A stretch of 64,000 nt of DNA, from NCBI GenBank assembly GCA_002402455.1, contig DHFX01000006.1, positions 20,408 through 84,407 of the forward strand, read 5' to 3'. The notes under the pieces are model-generated. The model saw nothing but the letters and a program-made list of their open reading frames with translations. It was not told the origin of the DNA and ran no database searches. The position numbers were made by a program, and so were the translations under genes. Below are positions 10,269 to 18,889 of the stretch, one piece after another. This DNA comes from Candidatus Dojkabacteria bacterium UBA4813 (GTDB lineage Bacteria > Patescibacteriota > Dojkabacteria > SC72). Every line of letters starts with the position of its first letter. Positions within the stretch are counted from its first letter, which is position 1.

Positions 10269-11477
10269 CTAGTAGGAATATTTAGATTCTGGGCTTTCTT
10301 TCTTCTCCTGCTCCTCCTTTTTTTTAGATGCTCTTATGTTTATGTAAACAATGAAAGCAATTCCTAGTGCGAAGGAGATTATGAGTGTAAAGTATCTGAG
10401 AGCACCTGTTGTTAAAATGGCAAACGATCCGAGGAAGAGAGTTGCAGACATTTCTATTAGGACAAGTTGTGATCTAGATACGTTTAAATTCATTAATTGG
10501 TGATGTAGATGATCCGGACCACTTATCTTCATTAACTCCCATATATTCTTAGGTTTGTGTGTTAAAAGCCTTTTTATTATTACATAAATAAAGTCTATTA
10601 AAGGTAACATTAGAAGCATCATGGTTGTTGAAATTTTTGCATCTGCCACGATAGCAAGAATACAGATAAGAAAACCGTAAACAGATTTTCCTGCAGAACC
10701 GGTCATTATCTTTTGAGGAGGAAAAGCAAATATTAAAAACGCAAGTAATCCCCCGGCAATTAAAATACTTACTGTAGAAGAGAAAGTAGACATATCTCTC
10801 ATAGCAATAATGAATATTAATGAAAAGATTACAAAGGAGTTAGCCTCAATTATCCCAGGAGAACCCGCTGTCCATTTTACTGCGTTTATACAAACAAGTA
10901 TCCAGAAGAAAAGAAAGATGTCTCCCGGTAGAGCAAGAGATTGTTCTATTCCAAAAATTGAGAAATTATATGTGAGCGAGCTTAGATCTAAATTAAGGAG
11001 AGGAATAGAGGAGATATTTAGTACTGAAAAAGCAATTATTCCTGCAGCAACAATCTGGTAGATAAGTTGAACCCTTGCAGGGAGGTTGAATATGTCATCT
11101 AAAGTGGCGCCCACCATAAGAACAAAAAGAGATATTACAATAGGTAGTGTAAAGCTATCCATTTTGAAAAATACCAGTATTGCAATAAATGCCGGTAATG
11201 TTATTGCTAATCCTCCTAAGGAAGGTGTTATGCCTTCATGAAGGGCTTTAAGAGGGTTGTCAAACTCTTTCTCTCCTCTCCCTTTTTGGGGAATATAGGT
11301 AATATTAAATTTTAAGGCAATGTGTCCGAGTATTGGCGTTAGGAAGAAAGATATAAGAAAACCTATCAGAAATATTGGCCAATATTCCACATACTTTTCA
11401 TATGCAGTATCCTGTATGAACTGAGGAACTCTGCTAAGTAATCCTGTCAGGAAAGCCGTTGTTGTAGATAAGTCCAT
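10269..11477 (-). CDS. WecA/TagO/MraY-family (GT4) protein with degenerate catalytic motifs
   Basis: Polytopic; TPSLGGLAI, GATLDD and DHLHH present; NxxDG and MGD motifs altered. Confidence 0.8.
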   Translation of the reverse strand: MDLSTTTAFLTGLLSRVPQFIQDTAYEKYVEYWPIFLIGFLISFFLTPILGHIALKFNITYIPQKGRGEKEFDNPLKALHEGITPSLGGLAITLPAFIAILVFFKMDSFTLPIVISLFVLMVGATLDDIFNLPARVQLIYQIVAAGIIAFSVLNISSIPLLNLDLSSLTYNFSIFGIEQSLALPGDIFLFFWILVCINAVKWTAGSPGIIEANSFVIFSLIFIIAMRDMSTFSSTVSILIAGGLLAFLIFAFPPQKIMTGSAGKSVYGFLICILAIVADAKISTTMMLLMLPLIDFIYVIIKRLLTHKPKNIWELMKISGPDHLHHQLMNLNVSRSQLVLIEMSATLFLGSFAILTTGALRYFTLIISFALGIAFIVYINIRASKKKEEQEKKESPESKYSY

Positions 11478-11478
11478 A

Positions 11479-11949
11479 TTAAAAAAGGTTTACTATGTCA
11501 ATTAAAATAAGACTCTGTGAGATGCTAGATAGCAAGGAGGAGAAAAGAAGAAGTCTGGTTAGTTTCTTTTCGTTATTATAATATCTGGAAGTAAAAAAGA
11601 GGGAGAGCAACAATGCTATTAGGGAAATCAAAGGAAATATAAATATATAATCTTTTTGTGTAAGTTTCGCTTCTGCGGATAAGAGATATCTAAATATTGG
11701 AACATACCTCGGCAGGTTCGAAAGATTTACAAAAATAAGGTAGATTTGTTGAGCTATCAAGACAAGGCCTATGGTAAGTGTTGCCCAAACAAGAGGATCC
11801 TTCAAGAACTTTCTAACTTCAAACCTCAATACCGCAAAGTCTACGGATCTCTTTATTTTGAAAAATCTGTTCTTAAAGGGTTCTTTTATGCCTAAGTTCA
11901 ATTGTTTAGACTCTTCTTGAGGTTCCTTCTTACTCTTTTCCCTTTTCAT
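11479..11949 (-). CDS. Hypothetical 3-TM membrane protein
   Basis: Three hydrophobic segments; TGATATAAT lies 6 nt before the ATG. Confidence 0.7.
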   Translation of the reverse strand: MKREKSKKEPQEESKQLNLGIKEPFKNRFFKIKRSVDFAVLRFEVRKFLKDPLVWATLTIGLVLIAQQIYLIFVNLSNLPRYVPIFRYLLSAEAKLTQKDYIFIFPLISLIALLLSLFFTSRYYNNEKKLTRLLLFSSLLSSISQSLILIDIVNLF

Positions 11950-11968
11950 TCTTTCATTATATCAAAAC

Positions 11969-12709
11969 CTACACCACATTATTGAAAAGGTATAGATATT
12001 GCTCTAGAGAGAGGTGCTGAGGTCTTTTTTGTAGAAGTGGTAAAATCTCTTCGTTGGTAAAAAGATAACTTTTCGCAAAATTATTCTTCAGTGTCTTCTT
12101 GGGTTGTCTAAAGGCGGTATGTAAGAATTTTTCGAAATCTTCTGCATTTTTTAACAGAACAGTTTTAGGTGTAAATTGTATAAATGTACTCTCTACGTTG
12201 GGTCTTGGCTTAAAAGACTCGGGAGAAATATTGAAAAGTTTGTTTGTGTCTGCATATAAAGCAGTGCTTAGAGAAAGGAAATTATTATTGGGCTCCTTAC
12301 TACAGTATTTCTCTGCCACTTCCTTTTGAATTATAAGAAAACTTGAAGAATTGAAGAACTCCGAAGTTATTATCTTTTTAATAATCTTTTTACTTACATT
12401 GTATGGTAGAGATCCAAAGAAGGTAATTTTTTTCTTCTTAAAAGATTCTAAACCATGAAAATCCCAATCTAAGAAGTCTATATTTTTAATAGTTACGGAA
12501 GGGTAGAGATTTTTAAGCTTCAAAGAGAGATCGTTGTCTTTTTCAATGGCAAGAATTTCAATATTTTTTTCTGTAAAGAATTGGGTAAATGCCCCTAACC
12601 CTGGGCCTATTTCTACTATTAAACTGGGATCTTCCTTTAATACTATCTCTGCTATCTGCTTGGAGAGATTTTTGTTAACGAAAAAATTTTGTCCTAGTGA
12701 TTTTTTCAT
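11969..12709 (-). CDS. rsmA: 16S rRNA m6,2A dimethyltransferase
   Basis: KKSLGQNF, EIGPGLG, SLPYN, QKEVA, FKPRPNVES. Confidence 0.93.
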   Translation of the reverse strand: MKKSLGQNFFVNKNLSKQIAEIVLKEDPSLIVEIGPGLGAFTQFFTEKNIEILAIEKDNDLSLKLKNLYPSVTIKNIDFLDWDFHGLESFKKKKITFFGSLPYNVSKKIIKKIITSEFFNSSSFLIIQKEVAEKYCSKEPNNNFLSLSTALYADTNKLFNISPESFKPRPNVESTFIQFTPKTVLLKNAEDFEKFLHTAFRQPKKTLKNNFAKSYLFTNEEILPLLQKRPQHLSLEQYLYLFNNVV

Positions 12710-13647
12710 TACTCTATCCTGAAATCCCAGATATCATCTTTTTTAAAGAATTTTAGATTGCATTTCTTACATTCTGCATAACCTTCTTTTTCAAAAGAGA
12801 GTTCTCCTTTACAGGAAGGACAGGCAAGAATATCCTTTAAATCAGAGCTTTGTTCTGTTTCCTCTCTTATTTCTTTTTTCTGCAGGGTTGTTTCAAAAAA
12901 GATACTTGGAGGGATATTGGTCCAAGAAAGTGTCTTTTGAAGTATTTTCTCAATAAAAACCATAAGATCAGTTCCTAAAAATTTCTTAATGGTTTGAGAT
13001 CTTAAAAAAGAACAACCAAATTTTCGCTCAATAACAAACGAATTCTTCTCTAATAAGGATTTTATATAAGATGGGTGGTAATTAAAGAATATTCCACCTT
13101 CTTCTTTCTTAGAACCTTCCAAATTCTTTCCAATTGGTTGCTTGTACGGTTCTTCTGAAAAGAATTCAAAATCTTTTCTAAATAAAGCTTCTATCTTGGC
13201 TTTAATGTGCACTTTATTAGGGAACTCTTGAACATATTTAGCATCTTTTTTAAAAACTCTTTTTGCTTCTTTGAAATATTCTTCGGGTTTTTCTATATGG
13301 TGTAGAACTCTGACCATTAATCCTCCCTCGAAGGAACTTTCTTTAAAGGGCATTCTGTAAGCATTTGCTGCTATCAAGGTTACTTTAGGATATCTGTTTT
13401 TAATAATCTCTTTGTTTTTAATCAGGGTGTTAAGAGAATAATCTAGAATGACAGGGTTTTTGTAAGAGTTGTAATAGGTGGAAGTAATTCTCCCATATGA
13501 CCCTCCCACGTCTAGAAACCAATTTCCCTTGTCATTTTCAAAGAGCTTGTTTAGAAGGTTTTTTTCTGCAAGGTTTTCATAAAGCCTCTCTTGCCAGTAT
13601 CGGGAGTAGTCGTAGTTTAATTTGTCATAATCAGATATATCAGGCAC
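12709..13647 (-). CDS. Class I SAM methyltransferase with C-terminal Trm112-like Zn finger
   Basis: LDVGGSYGR motif I, MPF..ESF, VLHH; C-terminal DILACPSCKGEL...CKKC. Confidence 0.8.
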   Translation of the reverse strand: MPDISDYDKLNYDYSRYWQERLYENLAEKNLLNKLFENDKGNWFLDVGGSYGRITSTYYNSYKNPVILDYSLNTLIKNKEIIKNRYPKVTLIAANAYRMPFKESSFEGGLMVRVLHHIEKPEEYFKEAKRVFKKDAKYVQEFPNKVHIKAKIEALFRKDFEFFSEEPYKQPIGKNLEGSKKEEGGIFFNYHPSYIKSLLEKNSFVIERKFGCSFLRSQTIKKFLGTDLMVFIEKILQKTLSWTNIPPSIFFETTLQKKEIREETEQSSDLKDILACPSCKGELSFEKEGYAECKKCNLKFFKKDDIWDFRIE

Positions 13648-13648
13648 C

Positions 13649-15370
13649 TTAATTCTCTTGTAAAAGTTTATTTATTTTCGCAAGTTTCTTTAAATACTCT
13701 TCTGCATTTTTAGTATCTCTTTTTTCTTCTGCAATGGCGATCTTTTGGCTAAGTATTTTTTGTTGCTCTTTTAAGTATAGGGACTGGAGCCTCTTTGAGA
13801 GTTTCTCTAATTCTTCTTTTATCTCTTCTTCCTGTTTTGGAATAGTTGTTAAGTCAAAGATAATATCCTCAAAAGTTTCGGTGATTTCGGTTGTTTCGTG
13901 CAATATGGAATACAATTCCTCTTTCCCTTTTCTGTAGTTTTTAAGGATTTCTAGATAAAGTTGTTGGAGAGTAGTGGGTAGTATATACTTTTTGTCAACA
14001 AGAAATTTCTTGTCGATTTGATCCTGCAGGAGAAGTAATCGTAAGTACTCCCTATAGACTTCATTATAGGCCATGTTCACGTGGACTTTTTGGATATGCC
14101 CTTTTTTGCCTTTCTTATAGGGTTTTTCGCCATCTGTTTCAAAAAGGGCGAGTTTACTTAGTTTTATACTCTTCGATTTGTAAAGGTTTAACAAGGTTTT
14201 GTCGCGCACTGGAAAAATTAGAGAGCCTATAAAATTTTTTACTTCCTGAACGTCCTCAAGCCTATTAAGGTTCTTATTCTCCAAATAAGTGGATAGTATA
14301 AAGGAAAATGCCTCTATTTTGTTAGTTATATGCTTTCTCATAAGCTTTTCTTCCTTTTGAAGAAGTTCGTCAATATCTTTATATGGCTCAGGGCTTGCTG
14401 CATAGGGAACAAGGCCGAGTTGCGAAGCAATCTTAAAACCTCTTATTAGTGCATTTCGACCAGCTTCGTCACTGTCAAAGAAAAACAGTATATTCTTTGT
14501 TGTTTTTGAAAGTTTTTCCAGTTGTTCCTTTGTTAATCCCGTCCCTAGGGGAGCTACGATATTTTTAATTCCATGTTGATGCGCACTTATTACATCAGTA
14601 GAGCCTTCACATATTATTGCAAGGTCTTTTTTCCTTATTTCTTGGCGAGATTCATATTGTCCGAAGAGGTTTTCTCTTTTATGGTAGATTGGTGTATCTG
14701 GAGTGTTCATATATTTAGGTCCCCAGTCGTTTCCGGGAAGAACCCTTCCTGTGAAGCCAATAACCTTCCCTCTGGTCGATCTAATTGGGAACATGATTCG
14801 ATCATAGAACTTCTCTTTTATTCCCTTGTCTTTAAGTGTAAAGAGGCCGGAATCTAATAACTGTCTTTGAGAATAATCTTTGGTTCTAAGTAAATATTTT
14901 TTAAGTTCTGGTTTTTTAGGTGCATACCCTATTCCGAAGTTTTTAATAGATTCCTTATTAAAACCCCTTCCTTTAAGGTAATCCATTGCCTTCTTGCTTT
15001 CTTTTAACTGATTGTAGTAGTAACGAGTAGCTTTGTAATTGATTTCTTCCAATACTTTATATTTTGAAAATCCTTCCTGTTTTTTAAGTTCTACTCCGGC
15101 TTCTTTAGCTAACTTTTCCAGAGCTTCAGGAAAATCTATATTTTCTATTTTTTGTAGAAAATTAAATATATCTCCGGATTCTAAGCAACCGAAGCATTTA
15201 TATCTTTGGATATCAGGGCTTACAACAAAAGAAGGAGTTTTTTCGTTATGAAAGGGACAAAGACCAACATAATTCTTTCCTGCTTGTTTTAATTTGACAT
15301 ATTTGCTAACTACATTAACAATGTCTAGCCTATTTTTTATCTCTTCAATTTGATTGTCAGAAGAAGTCAT
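13649..15370 (-). CDS. dnaG: DNA primase
   Basis: CPFH...YKCFGC Zn domain, KYMNTP, ICEGSTD, FDSDEAG TOPRIM. Start reassigned to MTSSDNQIEEIK (ATG 15370), 10 nt after TGGTATAAT. Confidence 0.95.
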   Translation of the reverse strand: MTSSDNQIEEIKNRLDIVNVVSKYVKLKQAGKNYVGLCPFHNEKTPSFVVSPDIQRYKCFGCLESGDIFNFLQKIENIDFPEALEKLAKEAGVELKKQEGFSKYKVLEEINYKATRYYYNQLKESKKAMDYLKGRGFNKESIKNFGIGYAPKKPELKKYLLRTKDYSQRQLLDSGLFTLKDKGIKEKFYDRIMFPIRSTRGKVIGFTGRVLPGNDWGPKYMNTPDTPIYHKRENLFGQYESRQEIRKKDLAIICEGSTDVISAHQHGIKNIVAPLGTGLTKEQLEKLSKTTKNILFFFDSDEAGRNALIRGFKIASQLGLVPYAASPEPYKDIDELLQKEEKLMRKHITNKIEAFSFILSTYLENKNLNRLEDVQEVKNFIGSLIFPVRDKTLLNLYKSKSIKLSKLALFETDGEKPYKKGKKGHIQKVHVNMAYNEVYREYLRLLLLQDQIDKKFLVDKKYILPTTLQQLYLEILKNYRKGKEELYSILHETTEITETFEDIIFDLTTIPKQEEEIKEELEKLSKRLQSLYLKEQQKILSQKIAIAEEKRDTKNAEEYLKKLAKINKLLQEN

Positions 15371-15408
15371 AGATGCCAGTATTATACCATTTTGGGGAAA
15401 TTGAGGTT

Positions 15409-16356
15409 TTATTGACAGAGAAGTTGTCCTTCTTCTATTTTGCAGGTTAGTTCTGCGACCCCAGTTGTCTGGTTTGTTTGCCATTCTATGGGAGCGTTGT
15501 TGAAGTAGATTCTTGTGTTTTTTATTCTCCCGGTAATGATGTAGAGATTCTCTTTAATGGCGAATTCTTCTTCCATAGGTTCTAGTACTTGTGAAATTTT
15601 ATTCTCCCCATCTATATCCAATCTTACCCATGCGGGGGAGTCAAAGACTTCTAGCTTGATAATATTTTCTTTCACTTCTTTGTTTTGTTCTTCCTCTTCT
15701 AATTGTGTCTTCGCAGAATATGTTATGTTAAGGGTTTCAATTTTCTCCAAAGCGTTGTTTTTTCTCGCTTTAATGGTTATCGTGTTAAGTCCTTCTTTTA
15801 GAGTGATTTTGTAACTAAATTCTCCCTTTTCATTTGTTTCTACAGTTGTTCCATTTATTTCGATAATACTCTCTAGGTCGGTTTTTCCATTTACCGTAAT
15901 ATCTTCGGTTTGTACTTTGCTATCTGGAATGGGGCTCGATATTTCTAATGATGGTGGTCTCTGGAATTTGTATATTTGAGAGCCTATATAAGCAAAGATT
16001 CCCAGAAGAAATATTGTGAGTAGGATTGTTATTATTAATTTCGGTTCAACGGTTATTTTCTGTTTTAATTTCTTAGAAGATATCGGTTCTACGTTCTTGT
16101 TAGAGATATCTCTTGGAGTTTTATTAGGGTTACTTCTTCTGTATAGGGCGAGTACTTTGCTTGTGTCTAACTCTAGGTATTTTGCGTATATCTTAATAAA
16201 GCCGGTTAGAAAGACCTCTGAATCGAAATATTCAAATTGATTATTTTCGATATATTTAAGAAACCGCTTCTGGACTTTAGTGTCAGCGGAAACTTTTTCT
16301 AGTGTTTTTCCAAGTAACTCTCTCTTATTTTTTAAGACTTCTCCTGCGGTAATCAT
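15409..16356 (-). CDS. RodZ-like HTH membrane protein with Ig-like domain
   Basis: HTH_25-like N-terminus (GFIKIYAKYLEL), TM, Ig-like domain (GLNTITIKA); directly follows ftsK. Confidence 0.75.
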   Translation of the reverse strand: MITAGEVLKNKRELLGKTLEKVSADTKVQKRFLKYIENNQFEYFDSEVFLTGFIKIYAKYLELDTSKVLALYRRSNPNKTPRDISNKNVEPISSKKLKQKITVEPKLIITILLTIFLLGIFAYIGSQIYKFQRPPSLEISSPIPDSKVQTEDITVNGKTDLESIIEINGTTVETNEKGEFSYKITLKEGLNTITIKARKNNALEKIETLNITYSAKTQLEEEEQNKEVKENIIKLEVFDSPAWVRLDIDGENKISQVLEPMEEEFAIKENLYIITGRIKNTRIYFNNAPIEWQTNQTTGVAELTCKIEEGQLLCQ

Positions 16357-16365
16357 CTCCCTATT

Positions 16366-18618
16366 CTACTCCTCTATGGTTTCAGAGTCATCCTTTTTGA
16401 GTTTGTCGGAGATTTGATCTGGCGATGTAATGAGGACTTTTCTGGGTTTGGAACCGTCTTGAGGACCTATTGCTCCTGCTTGTTGTAACTGGTCAATGAG
16501 ACGGGCAGCCTTGTTGTAGCCTATGCGCATCTTTCTTTGAAGGAATGAAGCCGATGCTTTTTGACTTGAGATTACGACTGCTAGAGCTTTTTCAAATTCA
16601 GGATCTCTCTCTTTTAGACTTCCTTTTATATCTTCCTGTGGACCTTTTTCAATTGCTTCTGCTAGATCATTGGAATAGGAAGGCTCCTCTTCTGTCAATT
16701 GGTCCTTTATGGAGGCTATTATTGCCTCGGAGTCCTCTGTAGTGGTGTTAGTACCCTGTATTCTTAGTGCTTTTGGTGTGGTCTGGTCTTTATACAGCAT
16801 ATCTCCATTTCCCAAGAGAGTTTCTGCCCCAGATTCATCTAAGATGACTCTGGAGTCCATATTTGTAGCTACTGCAAATGCCATTCTTCCCGGGATGTTG
16901 GATTTAATGAGACCCGTAATAACATTCACAGTAGGCTTTTGCGTAGCAAGGATTAAGTGTATTCCTACAGCTCTTCCCATCTGTGCCAGTCTTTGAATTT
17001 TGGTTTCTACATCTGCTCCTGAGGTTAGCATTAAGTCAGCCATCTCGTCTATCACTACTATTATATACGGCATCGCAAGATAACCAACTTTATTGTTATA
17101 TTCTGTGAGCTTTTTAACACGAAGTTGCTTGAGCTGTCTGTATCTTCGCATCATTTCATCAATTGTCCATTGTAGGGCATTTACTACTGCTTCAGGGTCT
17201 GTTATTACCGGATTGAGAAGATGTGGAATTCCATTATATATTGCCATCTCTACTCCCATCTTGGGGTCTATCATGATGAATTTAACCTCATCTGGGGTTT
17301 TTGTCATAAGAAGCCCTGCTAGAAGGGAATTTATAGCAACAGACTTTCCTGTTCCGGTAGCTCCTGCTACTAGTAGATGTGGAATTTTTGCCAAGTCTTT
17401 AATTTGTGTTTTTGCCGTAATGTCTTTTCCTAGTATTAAAGGTAGCTCATATTTATCTTGCTCCTTCCTGAGTCTTTTTATCATTTCTCTGGCATATACA
17501 TAATTAGGAGTTGGGTTCGGTATTTCAATCCCCACGTAAGAAGTTCCAGGGATGGGAGCTTCGATCCTTACGGAGGAGCTTTGTGAAGCTAATGCTAGGG
17601 CGAGGTCATTGCTAAGGTTTTTAATTCTAGATACTTTTACTCCAACACTTATACCTAGGGAAAATCTTAGTACCGTTGGTCCGATCGCAACTGCAACGAC
17701 CTTGGCGTCTATTCCAAAGTTTTTGAGAGTTGCCTCTATTACTTTTGCTTTCTCCTTGTAAACTTCTTTATCTTGTTCTTTTATTTCTGGTTTTTGTAGA
17801 ATTTCTACATCGGGAAATTGCCAATTTGTAAATTTCGGTCTCTCTGGTTCTCTATCTTGTATATCTTTAGTAACGGGAACTTGCTTTACAAGCCCTTCTT
17901 TTGTTCTTGTCTCTTCTTCTATTTGTCTCTCTTCCTCAGCTTCGTCTTCTGCAAGTATTTTGTCCAGCCTCCGTTGAACCTCCTCTTCACTTTCTATTTT
18001 AATGTTATCTCTTCCCTCTTCTTCGTTTTCTATCTTCACATCATCAGGTAATTTAGGAGAGCTAAGCTTCTTGAGAAAGCCTTTTATTCCTGTGCCTTCT
18101 TTTTCTTTCTCCTCCGGAACGGAATTTTCTAGAAATTCGAAAATTTGCTGCAGTGGAGTTGCTGTTATTAGTGAGAAGGAAACCATGAGAATAATCAAGA
18201 TTATTATTATCTCTATGAAGCTCCCGACAAAACCGTTTAAAGAAATATGGAGAATTTTCCCAATCTGTCCTCCTGCTACTTTCAACGCTTCTTCATCTTG
18301 AAGTTGCTCTTCTATTAACCAGAAGGAAAGAAGAATGTTTAAACAGATAGAAAAAAATAACAATCCGACAGATTGTTTGGCTGAAAAGAATTTTCTTTTT
18401 TTAGTTAGTAGTGCTAGGGAGAGGTATATTATTAACGCACCCCAAGCGAAAGAGGCATATCCTAGTGCTAGGGTTATCTGGTCAAATAGTGGGGAGTGAT
18501 CTTGCATAAATGGGGAAACTAGCACTATTAGACCGAATATAAATAGTATTAAACCAAACAAAACTTTTGTTTCGGTACTCTCTATAGTTATTTCTTTTTT
18601 CTTCTTTTTCCTGGGCAT
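16366..18618 (-). CDS. ftsK: DNA translocase FtsK/SpoIIIE
   Basis: N-terminal TMs, PHLLVAGATGTGKS, IDEMADLM, gamma domain (GYNKAARLID). Confidence 0.95.
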   Translation of the reverse strand: MPRKKKKKEITIESTETKVLFGLILFIFGLIVLVSPFMQDHSPLFDQITLALGYASFAWGALIIYLSLALLTKKRKFFSAKQSVGLLFFSICLNILLSFWLIEEQLQDEEALKVAGGQIGKILHISLNGFVGSFIEIIIILIILMVSFSLITATPLQQIFEFLENSVPEEKEKEGTGIKGFLKKLSSPKLPDDVKIENEEEGRDNIKIESEEEVQRRLDKILAEDEAEEERQIEEETRTKEGLVKQVPVTKDIQDREPERPKFTNWQFPDVEILQKPEIKEQDKEVYKEKAKVIEATLKNFGIDAKVVAVAIGPTVLRFSLGISVGVKVSRIKNLSNDLALALASQSSSVRIEAPIPGTSYVGIEIPNPTPNYVYAREMIKRLRKEQDKYELPLILGKDITAKTQIKDLAKIPHLLVAGATGTGKSVAINSLLAGLLMTKTPDEVKFIMIDPKMGVEMAIYNGIPHLLNPVITDPEAVVNALQWTIDEMMRRYRQLKQLRVKKLTEYNNKVGYLAMPYIIVVIDEMADLMLTSGADVETKIQRLAQMGRAVGIHLILATQKPTVNVITGLIKSNIPGRMAFAVATNMDSRVILDESGAETLLGNGDMLYKDQTTPKALRIQGTNTTTEDSEAIIASIKDQLTEEEPSYSNDLAEAIEKGPQEDIKGSLKERDPEFEKALAVVISSQKASASFLQRKMRIGYNKAARLIDQLQQAGAIGPQDGSKPRKVLITSPDQISDKLKKDDSETIEE

Positions 18619-18650
18619 GTTATGGTATATAATACGATATTAAAGGTGTT

Positions 18651-18679
18651 TTTACAAAATCGACCCTAAAGTATATAAT
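18651..18679 (+). promoter_or_regulatory. Sigma70 promoter P1 upstream of rpoB
   Basis: TTTACA-N17-TATAAT. Confidence 0.65.
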
Positions 18680-18745
18680 AAATTTGTCAAAAAGGAACGA
18701 AAAGAGAGATATTTAATGTAAAGCTCTGAAGTGCAACGAAAAGCT

Positions 18746-18774
18746 TTGACTATTACATATAAATATGATAACAT
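18746..18774 (+). promoter_or_regulatory. Sigma70 promoter P2 upstream of rpoB
   Basis: TTGACT-N17-TAACAT with an extended TG. Confidence 0.65.
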
Positions 18775-18797
18775 CCTTCGAGTCGAGTCTTTAATTT

Positions 18798-18849
18798 CGC
18801 CTTTAAGGGCGGTGTAGCTTGATTTCTGGATCAGGCGTTTATACTGCCC
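18798..18849 (+). ncRNA. Putative structured cis-regulatory leader of rpoB
   Basis: GC-rich hairpin GGGCGGUGUA-GCUUGAUU-UCUG-GAUCAGGC-GUU-UAUACUGCCC with several G-U pairs; competing hairpin CGCCU-UUAA-GGGCG. Confidence 0.5.
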
Positions 18850-18889
18850 GTATTTGTAATACCTTATAATATTACTAACAATATATCCT

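Noticed and set aside
15371-15484. N-terminal extension of DnaG
   Set aside because: It overlaps the rodZ-like gene. Primase homology starts at MTSSDNQ, which has a promoter directly upstream.
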